Assembly (NCBI GenBank): GCA_000004695.1
Contig: CM000151.3
Coordinates: 1-64,000 of the forward strand
Source: Dictyostelium discoideum
Taxonomy: Eukaryota
Direction of reading: 5' to 3'
Length of the DNA stretch: 64,000 nucleotides
Notes under the pieces: model-generated
What the model was told of the DNA's origin: nothing
Seen by the model: the letters and a program-made list of their open reading frames with translations, nothing else
Databases searched by the model: none
Position numbers and translations under genes: made by a program
In this document: positions 31,282 to 45,918 of the stretch, one piece after another
Numbering within the stretch: the first letter of the stretch is position 1
How the letters are laid out: every line of letters begins with the position of its first letter

Positions 31282-32350
31282 AATAAAAATTGGAAAAAAA
31301 AGATAAACTACCCATATCTTTTAATGAAATAAATCGATTTGGTAAAATAGGAAGGATAAAATTATAAACTGAATTTTTAATAGATTTAATTTTTTTAAAA
31401 ATTATTTGTAATTTATTTACCAATTCCTCTTCATCATCATCATCATCATCATTATCCTCTTCATCATTATCATCATCATTCAAATCATTTTTATTATTAT
31501 TATTATTATTAACTGTTGTATGATCAACTTTTTCTATATTATTATTATTTTTAATTTCATCCTCTTTATTATTATCATTTTTGTTGTCATCAATGTTGTT
31601 GTTGTTGTTGTTGTTAATGTTATTATTATCATCTTTACCTTTTTAAATGATATTAAAGTAAAAATTATTGAAATTAGATAAAAAATTGCTTTTGATTTTA
31701 GTATTCATTATATTGAATTAAAAAAAAAATTAGATAAAGAAAGATGAAAGAAAGATGTAAAGATTAAAAAAAAAAAAAAAAAAAAAAATAGAAAAAAAAA
31801 GAAAAATTTTAATCTTACCTTTAGAAATTGCATCTAAAAGTTCAGATGTTTGAATTTCTGGTTGTTCAACAATATTTTCACCATTTTCACCATTTTCACC
31901 AACTACTTCTTTATTTTCTTCACCTTCTTTTGGTTGATCAATATTTTGTTGTTGTTGATGTTGTTGTTGATCAGTACCTTCTATTTCTTTATCTTTTTTC
32001 TCTTTTTCATTTAATAATCTTTTATTTTCAAGTTCTCTTTCAGATTTCTTTTGTTCAATTAAAACTTCCAATTCTTTAATTTCTTGTGTAATTGGATCAA
32101 TTTCTTTTCTTAAACGAATGATTTCATCTGTTTTTTCATTGAAAACTCTTGTACCTTCTTCTTCCATTTGTTTCTTCTTCTTTAAACCAATTTCATAGGC
32201 TTCAATAACTTGATTTTGTTTCTTTCTACTCTCTTCTCCAATTTCTTTACAATTATTTTTACATTTAACTTTTAATTGATATTCATCTGATCCATCACAA
32301 CAATCTAAAAAAACCCCACAATAAAAGATTAAAAAATTATTATTAGTTTG

Positions 32351-32393
<43 letters not shown>

Positions 32394-32691
32394 AATAGTT
32401 ATTATTATAATTATTAATTTTTAATTATAACATTAAATATACATTACCACAAACACCATCATTTACAAAAGATGAAGAAATATAATTTCCTTTATGACCA
32501 ATATTTTGACAATAAAAACGACCATTTGATGAACATGCTGAAGTTCCTGGTTCGTCTGTACCATCTGGGCAATCACAAAAATCATCATTCACTTGTGAGA
32601 ATGGTATTTGTACATTTGATCTAAGACAATTAAAATATTTACCCTCTTTATAATATTCCAATTCTACAATTTTTAATTTTATTATTTATTA

Positions 32692-32775
<84 letters not shown>

Positions 32776-32971
32776 TTCATTTTTATTTTTTTTTTTTTTT
32801 TTGATATAATTGAAAAAAAAAAAAAAAATTAATTTCAAAATAAATAAATAAATAAAAATAAATAAATAAATAATTATTACCTTCAGGACCAACACCATAA
32901 GTAGGTGAAAGGGATAAAACTTGTTGAGTTAAACAAACAAGAGTTAAACAAATATATAAAATTGATTTCAT
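30690..32971 (-). CDS. glucosidase II beta subunit (PRKCSH homologue); join(32971..32881, 32663..32448, 32304..31819, 31638..31312, 31141..30690), ~523 aa
   Basis: Signal peptide MKSILYICLTLVCLTQQVLSL. LDLa-like Ca-binding modules (PFSQVNDDFCDCPDGTDEPGTSAC, VNDGVCDCCDGSDEY). Long E/K coiled coil. Acidic poly-N/D stretch. C-terminal MRH domain (EYTYSVCPYEKASQ..QQCWGGPKRSLKVLMECG..PGKCEYTIKFKTPVLC) closely matches human GII-beta. All introns phase 1, consistent. Ends DHSL rather than HDEL. Confidence 0.85.
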
Positions 32972-33551
32972 TTATTAATAAAAAAGAAAAAAAAAAAAAA
33001 AATACCTATTCCTTTATATAAATTAATATAAAAGGAAGAAGTTATTAGTTTTTAAAGTTATTAAAAATAAGTTTTTAAAATGAAACAAAAAAAAAAAAAA
33101 AAAAATTTAGAAAAAAAAACAAAAAAAATAAAAAAAAAATAAAAAAAAAAAAAACCTCATCATCATTTTTTTATTTTTTATTTTTTTTATTTTTTTTTTT
33201 TTTATTTTTTTTTATTTTTTTTATAATATCAAACAGTATTTTTATATAATATATATAATATCAACTTAGTTTTGATTGGATTTTTATTTCTTTTATTGGT
33301 TATTAATTTACTAGAATAAACAAAATTACTTATATTCCAAAAATATTTTTAATTTTTGGAAAGCTTAAAAAAAAATTAAAGTTTGGTTGATCATTTTTTT
33401 GAATGGATTTAAAAAATATAAAAAAACTTTTTGGACCTTTTTCTTATTAATTTTTTTTTATTTTTAATACAAAAAAAAAAATAAAAAAAAAAAAAAATAT
33501 ATAAATTATTTTATTTACATTGTTTATTATTACTTTTTTTTTTTTTTAAAT

Positions 33552-33657
33552 TTAATCTTTTAAACTATGACCTTTACCAGAAAATGATTTAAATTTTGTA
33601 TCTTCATTCTTTGTATTATTATTATTTGAATTATTATTATTATTATTATTATTATTA

Positions 33658-33692
<35 letters not shown>

Positions 33693-34772
33693 TGTATTTA
33701 AAGTTTTTGGACTTGTACCTAAAGGAGTACCAACCTTACCATCCAATCTTGCACCTGTACCAGCAAAAGCTTTGAATTTTGGTTCATCATCAGAATCACT
33801 ATCGCTATCGGATTCATCTTTTTTCTTTTTACCTCCAGGAATTGGTTTAGCAGATGTTGAAGCAGGTCCAAATGTTAAACCTTTTGATGGTCCACTAACA
33901 TGTGAACCTGGTGATGAAGTTGATGGTGATGTAGCTTCTTTTGAATCCATTGGTGGTGCAAAATCAACAGAAACATCTGCTTCAATAATTGAAATTGCAT
34001 TGGCTGGTTTTAATTCAACTACTTTTAAGTAATATTTTGTATTATTGTAATCAATCATAATTTCATCATCTTTTGTTAATGTTGCAAACTTTCTTAGTGA
34101 ATTCTCCAAAACTGCTTTTGGATTTGAAATATCTATAAAATTTGATGTACGTGGTTGAATTTTTACAAATGTACCTATAAAATAAATAAAATAAATAAAA
34201 TAATAATAATATTAATAAAAAAAGTAAATAAAAAATAATAATAAAAATAATAATAAAAAAAAAAAATAAATAAATAAAATACAAACCTTTTGCTAATGTC
34301 GCATTTTTAATATCAATAAATTCACCTTCTTTTAATTGAAGATTTTGCATCATCCATAATGGTAAATAACAAATACCTTCTTCTGCAATAAATTCAAGTA
34401 CACCACAATGTGATTTTTTACCACTAATTGGATTTGAAATTTCAAATAACATTGGATATTGAATATTTAACCTACTTAAGGCATTTAATGCACTTGGTGG
34501 TAATAATACTTTTTTATATATATAAAAAAAAAAAATTTTAAAAAAAAAAAATATATTATTAGTTATTTAATTTTTTAAATATATACATAATTTTATTAAT
34601 ATTAAACTATAGTTTTTAACTTACTTTTACCACCAGATTCTAAAGAATGTTTTTCTTTTGGTAAGAAACTAATTGGGAAAGCTTTAAACTTTTGTTCGTA
34701 TCTTCCTGGACCCCCATGATGATGACCCATTACTTCACCTCTTAATGATCTTACATATTCATCGAGATTCAT
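33552..34772 (-). CDS. ufd1: ubiquitin fusion degradation protein Ufd1; join(34772..34625, 34508..34287, 34174..33552), ~330 aa
   Basis: [123 protein letters not shown] aligns closely with the UFD1 N-domain. Donors GTAAGT/GTTTGT, acceptors AAAAAG/TTATAG. Confidence 0.85.
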
Positions 34773-34922
34773 TTTTCTATTTTTTTATTGGTATATGATA
34801 TATATGTATATAAATAATAAATATTGATTTTATTTGTATAGAAAGTAATAATGTTATTGAAGTTGTTAAAAAATTAATAAAAAAAAAAAAAAATTATAAA
34901 AATTAAAAAAAATGAAAAAATT

Positions 34923-34959
<37 letters not shown>

Positions 34960-35092
34960 TTAATTAATTTAAATTTATTTTATTTTATTTTATTTTTTTA
35001 ATTGAAATTTTTGCTTTTTTTTTTTTACTTTTTTTATTTTTTATTTAATTATTTTTGGGCACTTCCAATTCCAAAAAATAATATATAATAAA

Positions 35093-35446
35093 ATGTTACC
35101 TCGTTCACTCAAATTAATCAAAAAAGTTGGAGAATCAAATGGATTAAGAAATTTTGGGTCACAATCAAATTCATATACTCTTCCAGATTTACCATATGAT
35201 TATGGTGCTCTTTCACCAGTCATCAGTCCAGAAATTATGACTCTTCATCATAAGAAACATCATCAAACTTATGTAAATAATCTTAATATCGCTTTAGATA
35301 AATTATCTTCTGCTTCTGTATGTATTAAAATTTTAGATTATCTTTTTTTTTTTTTTTTTTTTTTATAAAAAATTAAAAACAAAAAAAAAAAAAAACAAAA
35401 AAAAAAAAAAAAAAAAAAATTGTAAATAGAGTGTATTAATATTAAG

Positions 35447-35490
<44 letters not shown>

Positions 35491-36256
35491 AGCAAAAGAT
35501 GTTGCTCAAATGATTGCTCTCCAAAGTGCAATTAAATTCAATGGTGGTGGTCACGTAAATCACTCTATCTTTTGGACTAATTTAGCACCAAAAAATCAAG
35601 ATGGTGGTGTTGCACCAAGTGGTCCATTGGCTGATGCTATTAATAAACAATATGGGTATGTTATAAAAATTAATTTGGAAAAAGAAAAAAAAAAAGTTCT
35701 AATTATTTTTTTTTATTTTATTAATAAAGATCAATTGAAAAATTAATTGAAAAAATGTCAGCTGAAACTACTGCAATTCAAGGTTCTGGTTGGGGTTGGT
35801 TAGGTTATGATAAAGCCAATGATCGTCTCGTTATTCAAACTCAACAAAACCAAGATCCACTTTCAGTTTCTGGTTATGTTCCTTTATTAGGTATTGATGT
35901 TTGGGAACATGCTTATTATCTTGATGTATGTATTTTTTATTTATTCTTCTTTTAATAATTTTTTTTAAAAATTATTTTATTATTATTATTTTTTAAAAAT
36001 TTTTATTGTTTTTATTTTATTGGAATTTAAAATCTTAAGATTTTGTCAGTTGTTTTTTTTTTTTTTTTTAAAAATTGGATGGATAATTTATTTTTTTTAT
36101 TTTATTTTTTTTACAAATTCCATTTGACATTTACTAATTTTTTTTTTTTTTAATCAAATTTAGTATAAAAATGTTAGAGCAGACTATGTTAAAAACATTT
36201 GGCAAATTGTTAATTGGAAGAATGTTGCTGAAAGATATAACACTGCCAAAAAATAA
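35093..36256 (+). CDS. sod2: mitochondrial manganese superoxide dismutase; join(35093..35317, 35489..35655, 35730..35925, 36164..36256), 226 aa
   Basis: Presequence [13 protein letters not shown].., then Mn/Fe-SOD motifs [70 protein letters not shown]. Three GTATGT introns with phases checked. Confidence 0.9.
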
Positions 36257-37150
36257 ATCATTTGTTTAAAATAGAATCAAAAAAATAAAAAAAAATAAAA
36301 AAAAAAACATTTTATTTATTTTTTTTTTATTAATTTTTTTTTTTATTTTTTTTTATTTATTTTTTTAATTTTTTATTTTTTTTTATTTTTTATTTTTTTT
36401 TCCCTTTTTTTTTTTCTTTTTTTTTTTTAATTAAAATTTTTTTTCTTTTAAGTTAAGATTATACATATACCACACATACACACACACACATACATATAGA
36501 TAAAAAAAAAAAATTGAGTTTTTTTTTTCCTATTTATTTATTTAATTAAATTTTAATTTTATTTTTTTATTTTATTACCTTTTTTTCTTTTTTTTTTTTT
36601 GGTTATTTATTTATTTATTTATTTTAATTTTTTTTTATATTATTTTTTCATCTAAAACCCATTTTAAATTAATAATTTAAAAAAAAAAATAAAATATTTA
36701 AAAATATAATAATAATTTAAAAAAAAAAAAAAAAAAAAAACACTTTTTCATTCAAACCAACTAACAATAAAGTTTTTTTAGTTTTTAAGAATAAAATTTG
36801 TTATTTATATATATAAAAAAAAAAAAAAAAAAAATCGATCATAGAATTTAATTTAAATCATATATGGAACCAACCAATTTATAAAAAAAAAAAAAAAAAT
36901 TAATAATTTAATAATAATAATAATCCATACAGTGTTTTTTTTTTTTTCTGCCAAAAGTATATTTTTTTTTATTTTTTTTTTTTAATTTTAACAAACCAAC
37001 CATTGATAAAAATTCCAACCCATTTGTGCAATTTTCTTGTAAATATTGTTTTTACAAGATTTTAAAATCCAATCATCATTTTTTTTCATTTTTTTTCAAT
37101 TTTTTTTTTTTTTTTTTTTAATAATATTAAAAAAAAAATAAACACTTAAA

Positions 37151-37618
37151 ATGTCAAGTAATAATTTTAATAGAGAAGATAATAATAATAAAAATAATAA
37201 TAATAAAAATAAAAATGATGAAAATAATAATAATAATGAAGAAAGAATGGTACCACTACATCCAAAAAAAAGACAATTTGAAGACATTGATAGTATTTTC
37301 AATCTTGTAAATAATAGTGACAGAGAATTAAAAAATAATGGGAATGAAGAAATGAGAAAAAAATTAAAGTTATCAATAGACCATATCACTGATAATAAGG
37401 AGATAAAAGATGCAATTTCTCAATTCAAACAGATAACAGAGTTTGAATTGAAAAAACTCTGTGATGATGGTCTTGATAAAAGATCTGCTGTAAATAAATT
37501 GTTTATTAAATTACAATTACCTGATACTGATTTAAGTAAAAGTATTGGTTGTGAAAGTAATCTTAATAATAGTATTGTAAATAATAATTCAAATAATAAT
37601 TCAAATAATAATAATAAT

Positions 37619-37667
<49 letters not shown>

Positions 37668-37900
37668 TTAATAATGTAACAAGTATCTTGAAAAATAATA
37701 ATAATAATAGTAATGATTATGTTTTTAATGAGGATGATACAGAACAAATCAATTTGATTATGGAATTTAGTGGTGTGTCTAAAGAAGAAGCGAAACGAAT
37801 TTTAACATTAAAAAAAGAAATTGTACATTTAAGAACCATTGGTTATAATCAACAAAATACTATTCAAGAGTTATCAAGAAGAGTTTCAAATAATTCATCA

Positions 37901-37955
<55 letters not shown>

Positions 37956-37984
37956 TTTTTAATGATACTATTAATAGTAATATC

Positions 37985-38039
<55 letters not shown>

Positions 38040-39100
38040 TTCATATTCAACAAATTAATAATGAAAATATAAATAATTTCAGTAATTTAAAATTGGATAA
38101 TAGATTAAAAAGAAATCTAGATGACATACAGCAATCATTTGAATTAGGTTTAAATAAAAAAATAAAAACAAATAGTGACGACGACGACGAAGACGATGAT
38201 GATGACGAATCAAATTATTTAAATAAAAATAAAAATAATTTACTAAACAATCATAAAACAATCGATTCTGATAGATCAGAATCTGATGATTTTAATTTTC
38301 AAAATAGTAATCAATATGTTTATAACAACAATAATAATAATAATAGTGATGACGATGAGACACCAAAAACAACAACCACTACTACAACAACAACTACTAC
38401 AACAACTACAACATCTTCCAATATTTTAAGAGAATTAATTAATAGTCAAGATTCTGATGAATCTGATGGTGAATCTCAAAATGAAACAACTCATCAACAA
38501 GAGTCTGATGAAGAAATTGAAAATAATGATGGACAAAAACAAATATCCATGAGTAGATGGATTAGAGCTTCTCAATCATTTTTCCAATTCAATGAATCAA
38601 ATCGTCGTCAGTCAATTAAAAATAAATTTAATAGTGATGATGAAGATGATGAGAGTGAAGATGATTATAGTAACAATAACAATAACAATCATGCCAATTT
38701 TAATTTCAATGATAGAGAGGAAGATGATGAGGACGAAAATGATTTTGATAATTCAGATTATGACGATAACGATAATACTCTTAACTCTAAAAAGCTTTAC
38801 AACAAAAACAACAAAACAATTAATGGGTACCAAGAATCAGAGGAAGATATCATCTATGGTCAAAATAATAATGAATATCAAGATGATGATGAAGAAGAAC
38901 AAGAAGAACAAGAAGAACAAGATGAAGAGGAGGAAGATCAAGACTGTAACTCCATATTTAAAGCAGGAGATATCTCTTTGGAAAGTTTTGACGATTACCA
39001 AAGAAATATAGATCTAAAGTTAAAATCTTTTAAAGGAGCAAAGAAAAATTCTTCAACTTCTCCAAATCAATTTAAAAACTTTAGATTTGAAAAAGTTTAA
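37151..39100 (+). CDS. hypothetical 649-aa Asn/Asp/Glu-rich protein with two short ordered segments (one UBA/CUE-like: EQINLIMEFSGVSKEEAKRILTLKKEI)
   Basis: Single long ORF, mostly low complexity. No confident family assignment. Confidence 0.45.
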
Positions 39101-39225
39101 AAATAAAAATAATCATAAAAATACAATAAAAATAATATAAAAAAAAAACATAATAAATAAATAAATAATATTAAAATAATAAACAGATTTTACATTTTCT
39201 TTGTTTTTTCTTTTTTTTTTTTTTC

Positions 39226-39256
<31 letters not shown>

Positions 39257-39515
39257 CTTAAATTAAAACAAAATTACTAAAATTTAATAAGATTTCTTTA
39301 AATTACTAATATTTTTAAAAAATAAAAATAAAAATAATTTTTTATTTTATTTTCACACTCAAAAATATAAAAATAAAAACGCTAAACTGTATTTAACAAA
39401 ACTTTCTATTTTTTAAGTCGTGTATAACTTAAAAAAAAAAAAATTTAAAGTTTATTGAGTTCGGGATGAATTTATAAAATTTTTTTTTTTTTCTTTTCTT
39501 TTAATTTATTAATAA

Positions 39516-40399
39516 ATGAAAATTGAAAATCATTCAAAAAGAATAATAGGTAATTAAAAATAAAATAATATAAAAAATTAGATAATATAATTAACTCTTT
39601 TTTTTTTTTTTTTTTTTTAGCTTTTTCTCTATTGTTATTTTTGGCTACCCAAATAAATTTAGCTAAAACTTGTAAAACTTGTAATGAAAATAAAAAAAAC
39701 TGTGAAGATTATAGGATTTTAGATGATTTAGTGCACCAAATTAACAGAATAGAAATAATTATTTCATCTCAATCTCCAACAAATGAAGGAGTTACAAATA
39801 TTGAAGGCTTCATTCCATTGGTTACACCATTGGCTGAGAATGCTTATGAATTGAATTCAGTATTTAAAACTTTACAATCTTTATTTTCAAGATATTCTGA
39901 TGATAATGATGATGGTGGTGGTGGTATAGGTAGAAAACAACTCAATTTAGATAGTATCTTTATATTTTATCAAATTCAGTCGTACTTTTATACAGATAGA
40001 TCTGAAACTTTTAAAATTTTTAGAAATACTTTACAACAAATTGAAATTAATATTTCAAATCAATGGGATATCATTAATGAAATGTCAAATTCTCTAAATT
40101 CAAATTTAAATTTCTCAACACTTAGAAGGCAATTATTAACAAGATCTATTGAACTATTTGGAAGAATTTTACAGTCATTAGGTAATATAGTTGGTATTAT
40201 TTCAAATATTTTAACCATTCAGAGAATGTCTACAGTAACAACAACGACAACTACTACAACTACAACTACAACCACAACAACACCAACACCACCGAACCAA
40301 TCATCTCTTGAGTCATTATTAGGCTTGATTTATAATAATAATAATAATAATAATCCAACAACACCAGGTTCACAATATTCAATCCAAAATAATACTTTT

Positions 40400-40487
<88 letters not shown>

Positions 40488-40537
40488 GTAGTAATAATAA
40501 TAGTAGTAATAACAATAATAGTAATAATAATAATTAA
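39516..40537 (+). CDS. hypothetical secreted protein; join(39516..39549, 39621..40537)
   Basis: Exon 1 MKIENHSKRII + G|GTAATT. Acceptor (T)nAG|CT. The joined signal peptide MKIENHSKRIIAFSLLLFLATQINLA is followed by Cys-containing KTCKTCNENKKNCEDY, then a Thr-rich and poly-N tail. Confidence 0.55.
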
Positions 40538-40753
40538 TTTGATTAAAAGTTTTTTTGAAAATTCTACAAATTATAATAAGATTTTTTTTTTATTTTTTAA
40601 ATTCTTTTTATTTATACTTTGAAAAATCAATTGTTCTACGTCATTCTTTTGGTTTGATTTTTTTTTTAGATATTTTAAAAATATCTATTTTGATTTTTAT
40701 TTTTTATTTTTTTATTTTTTATTTTTTTATTTTTTTTGATTTTATTTTTCCAA

Positions 40754-40784
<31 letters not shown>

Positions 40785-40823
40785 TTTTTCTTAAAAATAA
40801 TTATTATATAACATAAGAATAAA

Positions 40824-42647
40824 ATGAATAAATTAAAATCAAATTTTATTTTAAATATTGTTATTTTATTTACAATTTTAATATTTAATATTAATTTTAT
40901 AAATTGTGAAAATCAAAAACAACAACAACACCAACAACAACAACAACAACAACAACAACAGTCATCATCAACAACAACAACATTACCAATTTATTCAATT
41001 AAATTTTCAAGTGAAACAGGATTTACAATTTATTCAGGAAATGATTCAACATCAATTGCACAAAGTGGATTTAGTAATGAAATGATGACAATGGGATGGG
41101 CATATTTAACGATTACAACCAATTCACAATTTGAAGATTCATTACAAGCAGAAGCAGCAGGTTATATTGAAGGTTATTTAACATTTGAAATGATTTGGCA
41201 ATGTTGGTATAATATTTTAGTTAATGAATATCAAAATCAAACTATACCAAATCAAGTTTTAAATTGGGCAAATGAAAATATTGCCTATATGAAACAACAA
41301 GTTGCAACCAATGAAAATGATCCATATTGGATTAACATTGGATTAGTATTAACTCAATTATCTGGTATGGTAGATGGTTATAATGCTGCAAATCAAGACC
41401 CATCACGTCAATTATCATTTTTAGATTTCATTTTAATTAATATGGATGCTGATTTAGGTGATATCAGTAGTACTTTTAATCAATCTACTTCATTTTCTGA
41501 AATTTCAAATTTTAAAAAATCAATGGATCATATTAAAAAAACTGATCATTGTTCTGGTTTAATTAAATTAACTGATGATTTAACTGAGTTATATTCTGGT
41601 AAGTTATAAAAAAAAAAAAAAAAAAATAAAAAAAAAAAAAAAAAAAATTATAATAATTTATTAATAAATAATTTTATTTTTTTTTATTTATTTTTTAATA
41701 AAGCACATACATCATGGAGTAGTTATATTAATATGTTAAGAATTTTTAAATCATATAATTTTAAATTTTCAAGTATTACAAATATAAAATCAAAATTAAC
41801 ATTATTTTCAGGATATCCAGCAACAATAGCAAGTTTAGATGATTTTTATTTATTAGATACAAAATTAGTAGTATTAGAAACAACAAATGGGTTAAATAAT
41901 AATGATTTATATTATTTAATTAAACCTGAGTCAGTATTAACTTGGATGAGAGTTATCATTGCAAATCGTTTAGCAAATGGTGGTCAATCATGGTGTGAAA
42001 CATTTGAAAGGGAAAATAGTGGTACCTATAATAATCAATGGATGATAGTTGATTATAATAAATTTGTACCAGGTGTAAAAGTACGTGATGGTACATTATT
42101 CGTATTGGAACAAGTACCAGGTTATATCGAATTCGCTGATGTTACTAATGTATTACGTACTGGTTATTGGCCAAGTTATAATATTCCTTATTTTGAAACT
42201 ATTTTCAATATGTCTGGTTTCAATGACGAATTAACCGATTCAAGTGATTATGAAGCTTATGAAGAGGACGCTCGTTCACAAATCTTTAGACGTGATGCAA
42301 ATAAAGTTTATTCTTTAACTGATTTTCAAGCAATAATGAGATATAACAACTTTCAAAATGATCCATTATCTCATGGTGATGCTGCTAATCAAATCTCTTC
42401 AAGATTTGATTTAAATTCACCAGATTCACAAGATTATGATGCTTTTGGTGGTGTGGATAGTAAAGTTACCTCATTCTCATTGGTTAATCAATTATTGGTA
42501 ATAGCTCAATCTGGTCCAACTCATGATCAAGAACCACCTTTCCAATGGTCTTCTGCTAATTGGTCAAATATATATCCTTCAATTGGTATGCCGAATCTTT
42601 ATGATTTTGGTTGGGTAAATTTTACTGATATATCTTATAATTATTAA
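40824..42647 (+). CDS. phospholipase B-like protein (LAMA/PLBD family); join(40824..41598, 41704..42647), ~572 aa
   Basis: Signal peptide then a PLB-like domain. The intron join G|GTAAGTT...AATAAAG|CA creates ..LTELYSAHTSWSSYINMLRIFK.., matching the conserved PLB-like segment. Downstream QWMIVDYNKF..GYWPSYNIPYF..RYNNFQNDPLS are typical of the family. Confidence 0.85.
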
Positions 42648-43203
42648 TTTAATAAAGAATTTATTTATTTTATTTTATTTTATTTTTTTTCTAATCAATT
42701 TTATTTTAATAATATTAATAATTTTTAAAATTTTAATTTTTTTTTTTAAATTTTATTTCTATTATCTATTTTCTATAAAATTTTTTTATTTTCATTTTTT
42801 AAAACAATTAAAATTATTAATTTGATTTGATTTAATTGTTTATTTTTTTTTATTTTTAACTTTTATAAATTTCTCAAAACTAAATTTAGTTTTAATTTTA
42901 AATTTATGTTTATTTTTTTTTATTTTTAACTTTTATAAATTTCTCTAAAACTAAATGTTTTAAAGAATTTTGGAAAAACCACCCTTTTTTAAAAAAATTG
43001 GTTTTTTTATATATATAAAATGTTTAATTTTTACTAATTATTAAATCCCTTTTTTTTTTTTTTTTTAAATTAAAAAGTTAATAGTTTTAAAAAATAAAAC
43101 AATATTGTTTATTTTTGAAATCCATTTTTGATTTTATCTAATTTTAATTATAAACATTATATTATATAATTTAATATTATATACACACATATATATAATA
43201 ATA

Positions 43204-43246
<43 letters not shown>

Positions 43247-43253
43247 TTTTTTT

Positions 43254-43254
<1 letters not shown>

Positions 43255-43330
<76 letters not shown>
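43255..43330. repeat. (ATTT)~19 microsatellite
   Basis: Direct read. Confidence 0.9.
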
Positions 43331-43336
<6 letters not shown>

Positions 43337-43963
43337 TCTATCTAATAATAGTAAATAAAATATTGCTAATTTTAAATTTATGACCAAGGAACAATGCTAT
43401 TGAATATTTATCTGCTATTATTATTTTTATTTTTATTTGTGTAGTTTTTTTTTTTTTTATTACTTTTTGAAATTATCAATATGATATGATTTTATTAATG
43501 AATGATCTTCATCATTATTTGGTAATAGCAATGCTTCATCGAATTCTTTTCTTGTTAAACTTGTATAAACAAAAAGATTCTCAGCTATATGAATATAGTC
43601 ATTCTTGACAGCTATTGAGAGTAATTCTTTTAAATGTTTAATTATAATTTTCTTTTCAGAGAAGAGATAACAATGATTTAAATTTAAATAATTAAATATT
43701 AAAAGATTACCATTTGAAATCACCTCTTTTAAAATGTTATTAAATCTACCATTTCTACAATAGAATATTTTAATAATCTTTCAATGAATGTTAATGAAAT
43801 ATGTGGAAAACTCCTTTTAATGAAAGTATTAATTGCTTCTTCTTTTAAATTATTAATTTAAAAATATCATCAATACGATTTGAATTATATAATAGATTAA
43901 TTAAATAAAATTGATGTATTCTAATTTTAATTATTCCATTATCATCTTTATTACCACTACCAC

Positions 43964-44108
<145 letters not shown>

Positions 44109-44352
44109 GCTTTTATATTTTCTTTTAAAATTTGGTAACTTAATATAAATTTTATTTATTCTTTAACCATTATCATCAATAAAATTGATTTTTGATAAAT
44201 CTGAAATGCAATTACCTGAAATCCATTTAGAAATGATAAATGAGTTTTTAGAAAAATCTTGATTCAGATCTGTTTTGATATTTTTAAAAAAATTTGTTTC
44301 CATTAATGATATAAAATCCATATCAGGAATACCTTTGGGACTGAAAGTTAAA

Positions 44353-44464
<112 letters not shown>

Positions 44465-45086
44465 ATTATTAATATTATTAATAAATGATTTAAATGGTAA
44501 TATATCTGAAGCATTGATATTATCTAAAAAATATTGTATAACGAACTACGTTGTTCATGGTGATATTTTAATCCTTAATACCTTCGTAAGACAAACATAT
44601 TTTATAATTTGATTTTTTATTAAAATTATTTATTTTTTTTATTTTTTTGGACTTAATTTAACATCTTGAGAATATCAAGTCTTGGGAGAAAAAAAAAAAA
44701 TTATAATTAAAAACATTAAAATTTGAATTTTTTTTTTTTTTTTTATAAAATTTTGATATAATTTTATTTTTAATATGAATTTAGTATAGATAAAGAGAAA
44801 TATAGATAAAGAGAAAACTATTTCAAAAATACATAAAATGCTTTAAATATAGAAAATGTAGATTATTATTTTTTTTTTTTTTTTTTTTTTTGGAAACATT
44901 AATATTTTAATTTTATTTATTAAAAAAAAAAAAACAAACTACACCTAAATGATTTGGTAAAAATTATAATTTTTATTATTATTTATTTTAAAAAAATTAA
45001 AAAAAAAATTAAAAAAAAAAACCCAAAAAAAATTTGAATATTTTTTTTTTTTTTTTTTTTTCAGATACCTGCAAGTTCTTTAAAAA

Positions 45087-45883
45087 ATGGGAGTACAAGG
45101 ATTTTCAACATTTATAAAGAAAAAAACACCAAAGGTAGGTGTTATTGTTGATTTGTTACATGAATCAAAGAAAAAAGGTAAATACAAACAAAATTTTTTA
45201 TTTTTTTATTTTTTTGTTTTTTATTTTTTTTTTATTTTTTTTTTTTATTAATATATAAAGATTAATTTAAATTATTTTTTTTTATTATTAATAATAATAA
45301 TAAAGATATTTTAATTGGAATTGATGGATCATCATTTATATTTTACGTTGCAAATCAAATTTCAAAAATGAATTCATTAATATTATTTAGAAATTATATA
45401 ATTGAATTTTTTAAAGTTTTAAAAGAAAATAATATACAATGTTGTGTATTTGTTGATGGATTTAATGCATATGATAAAGTGAATGAACATGAAAAAAGAT
45501 ATATACAACGTACGGAACTTTATAGAAAATGTGCAGATCAAGCATTACATGATGTAGAATGTAAACAGATTTCACATTATCAATTCCCACATCCATTATT
45601 TTCAAAAGAATTTACAAGTATTTTAAAAGAAATCAATGTACCAGTGTTTGTATCTAAATTTGAAGCTGATAAAGATTTAGCTCAATGGGCATTAGATAAT
45701 CAAAGTGATAATCTTTTAGGTATATTTTCAAATGATTCAGATTTCTTTTTCTTTGATACAAAGTGTTATTATTTCCCTTTAGATCAATTATCATTTAATC
45801 AAAATTCAATTACAATGGTTGGTTATACAATTGATAAAATTTCAAATTCATTATCAATTAAAAAAAATGTTTGTATCATTATT

Positions 45884-45918
<35 letters not shown>

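Noticed and set aside
44520-44660. Moderately complex non-coding stretch with a short palindrome (AACGAACTACGTTGTTC) as a candidate snoRNA or small RNA
   Set aside because: No convincing C/D or H/ACA box arrangement. Likely 3' UTR or intergenic.
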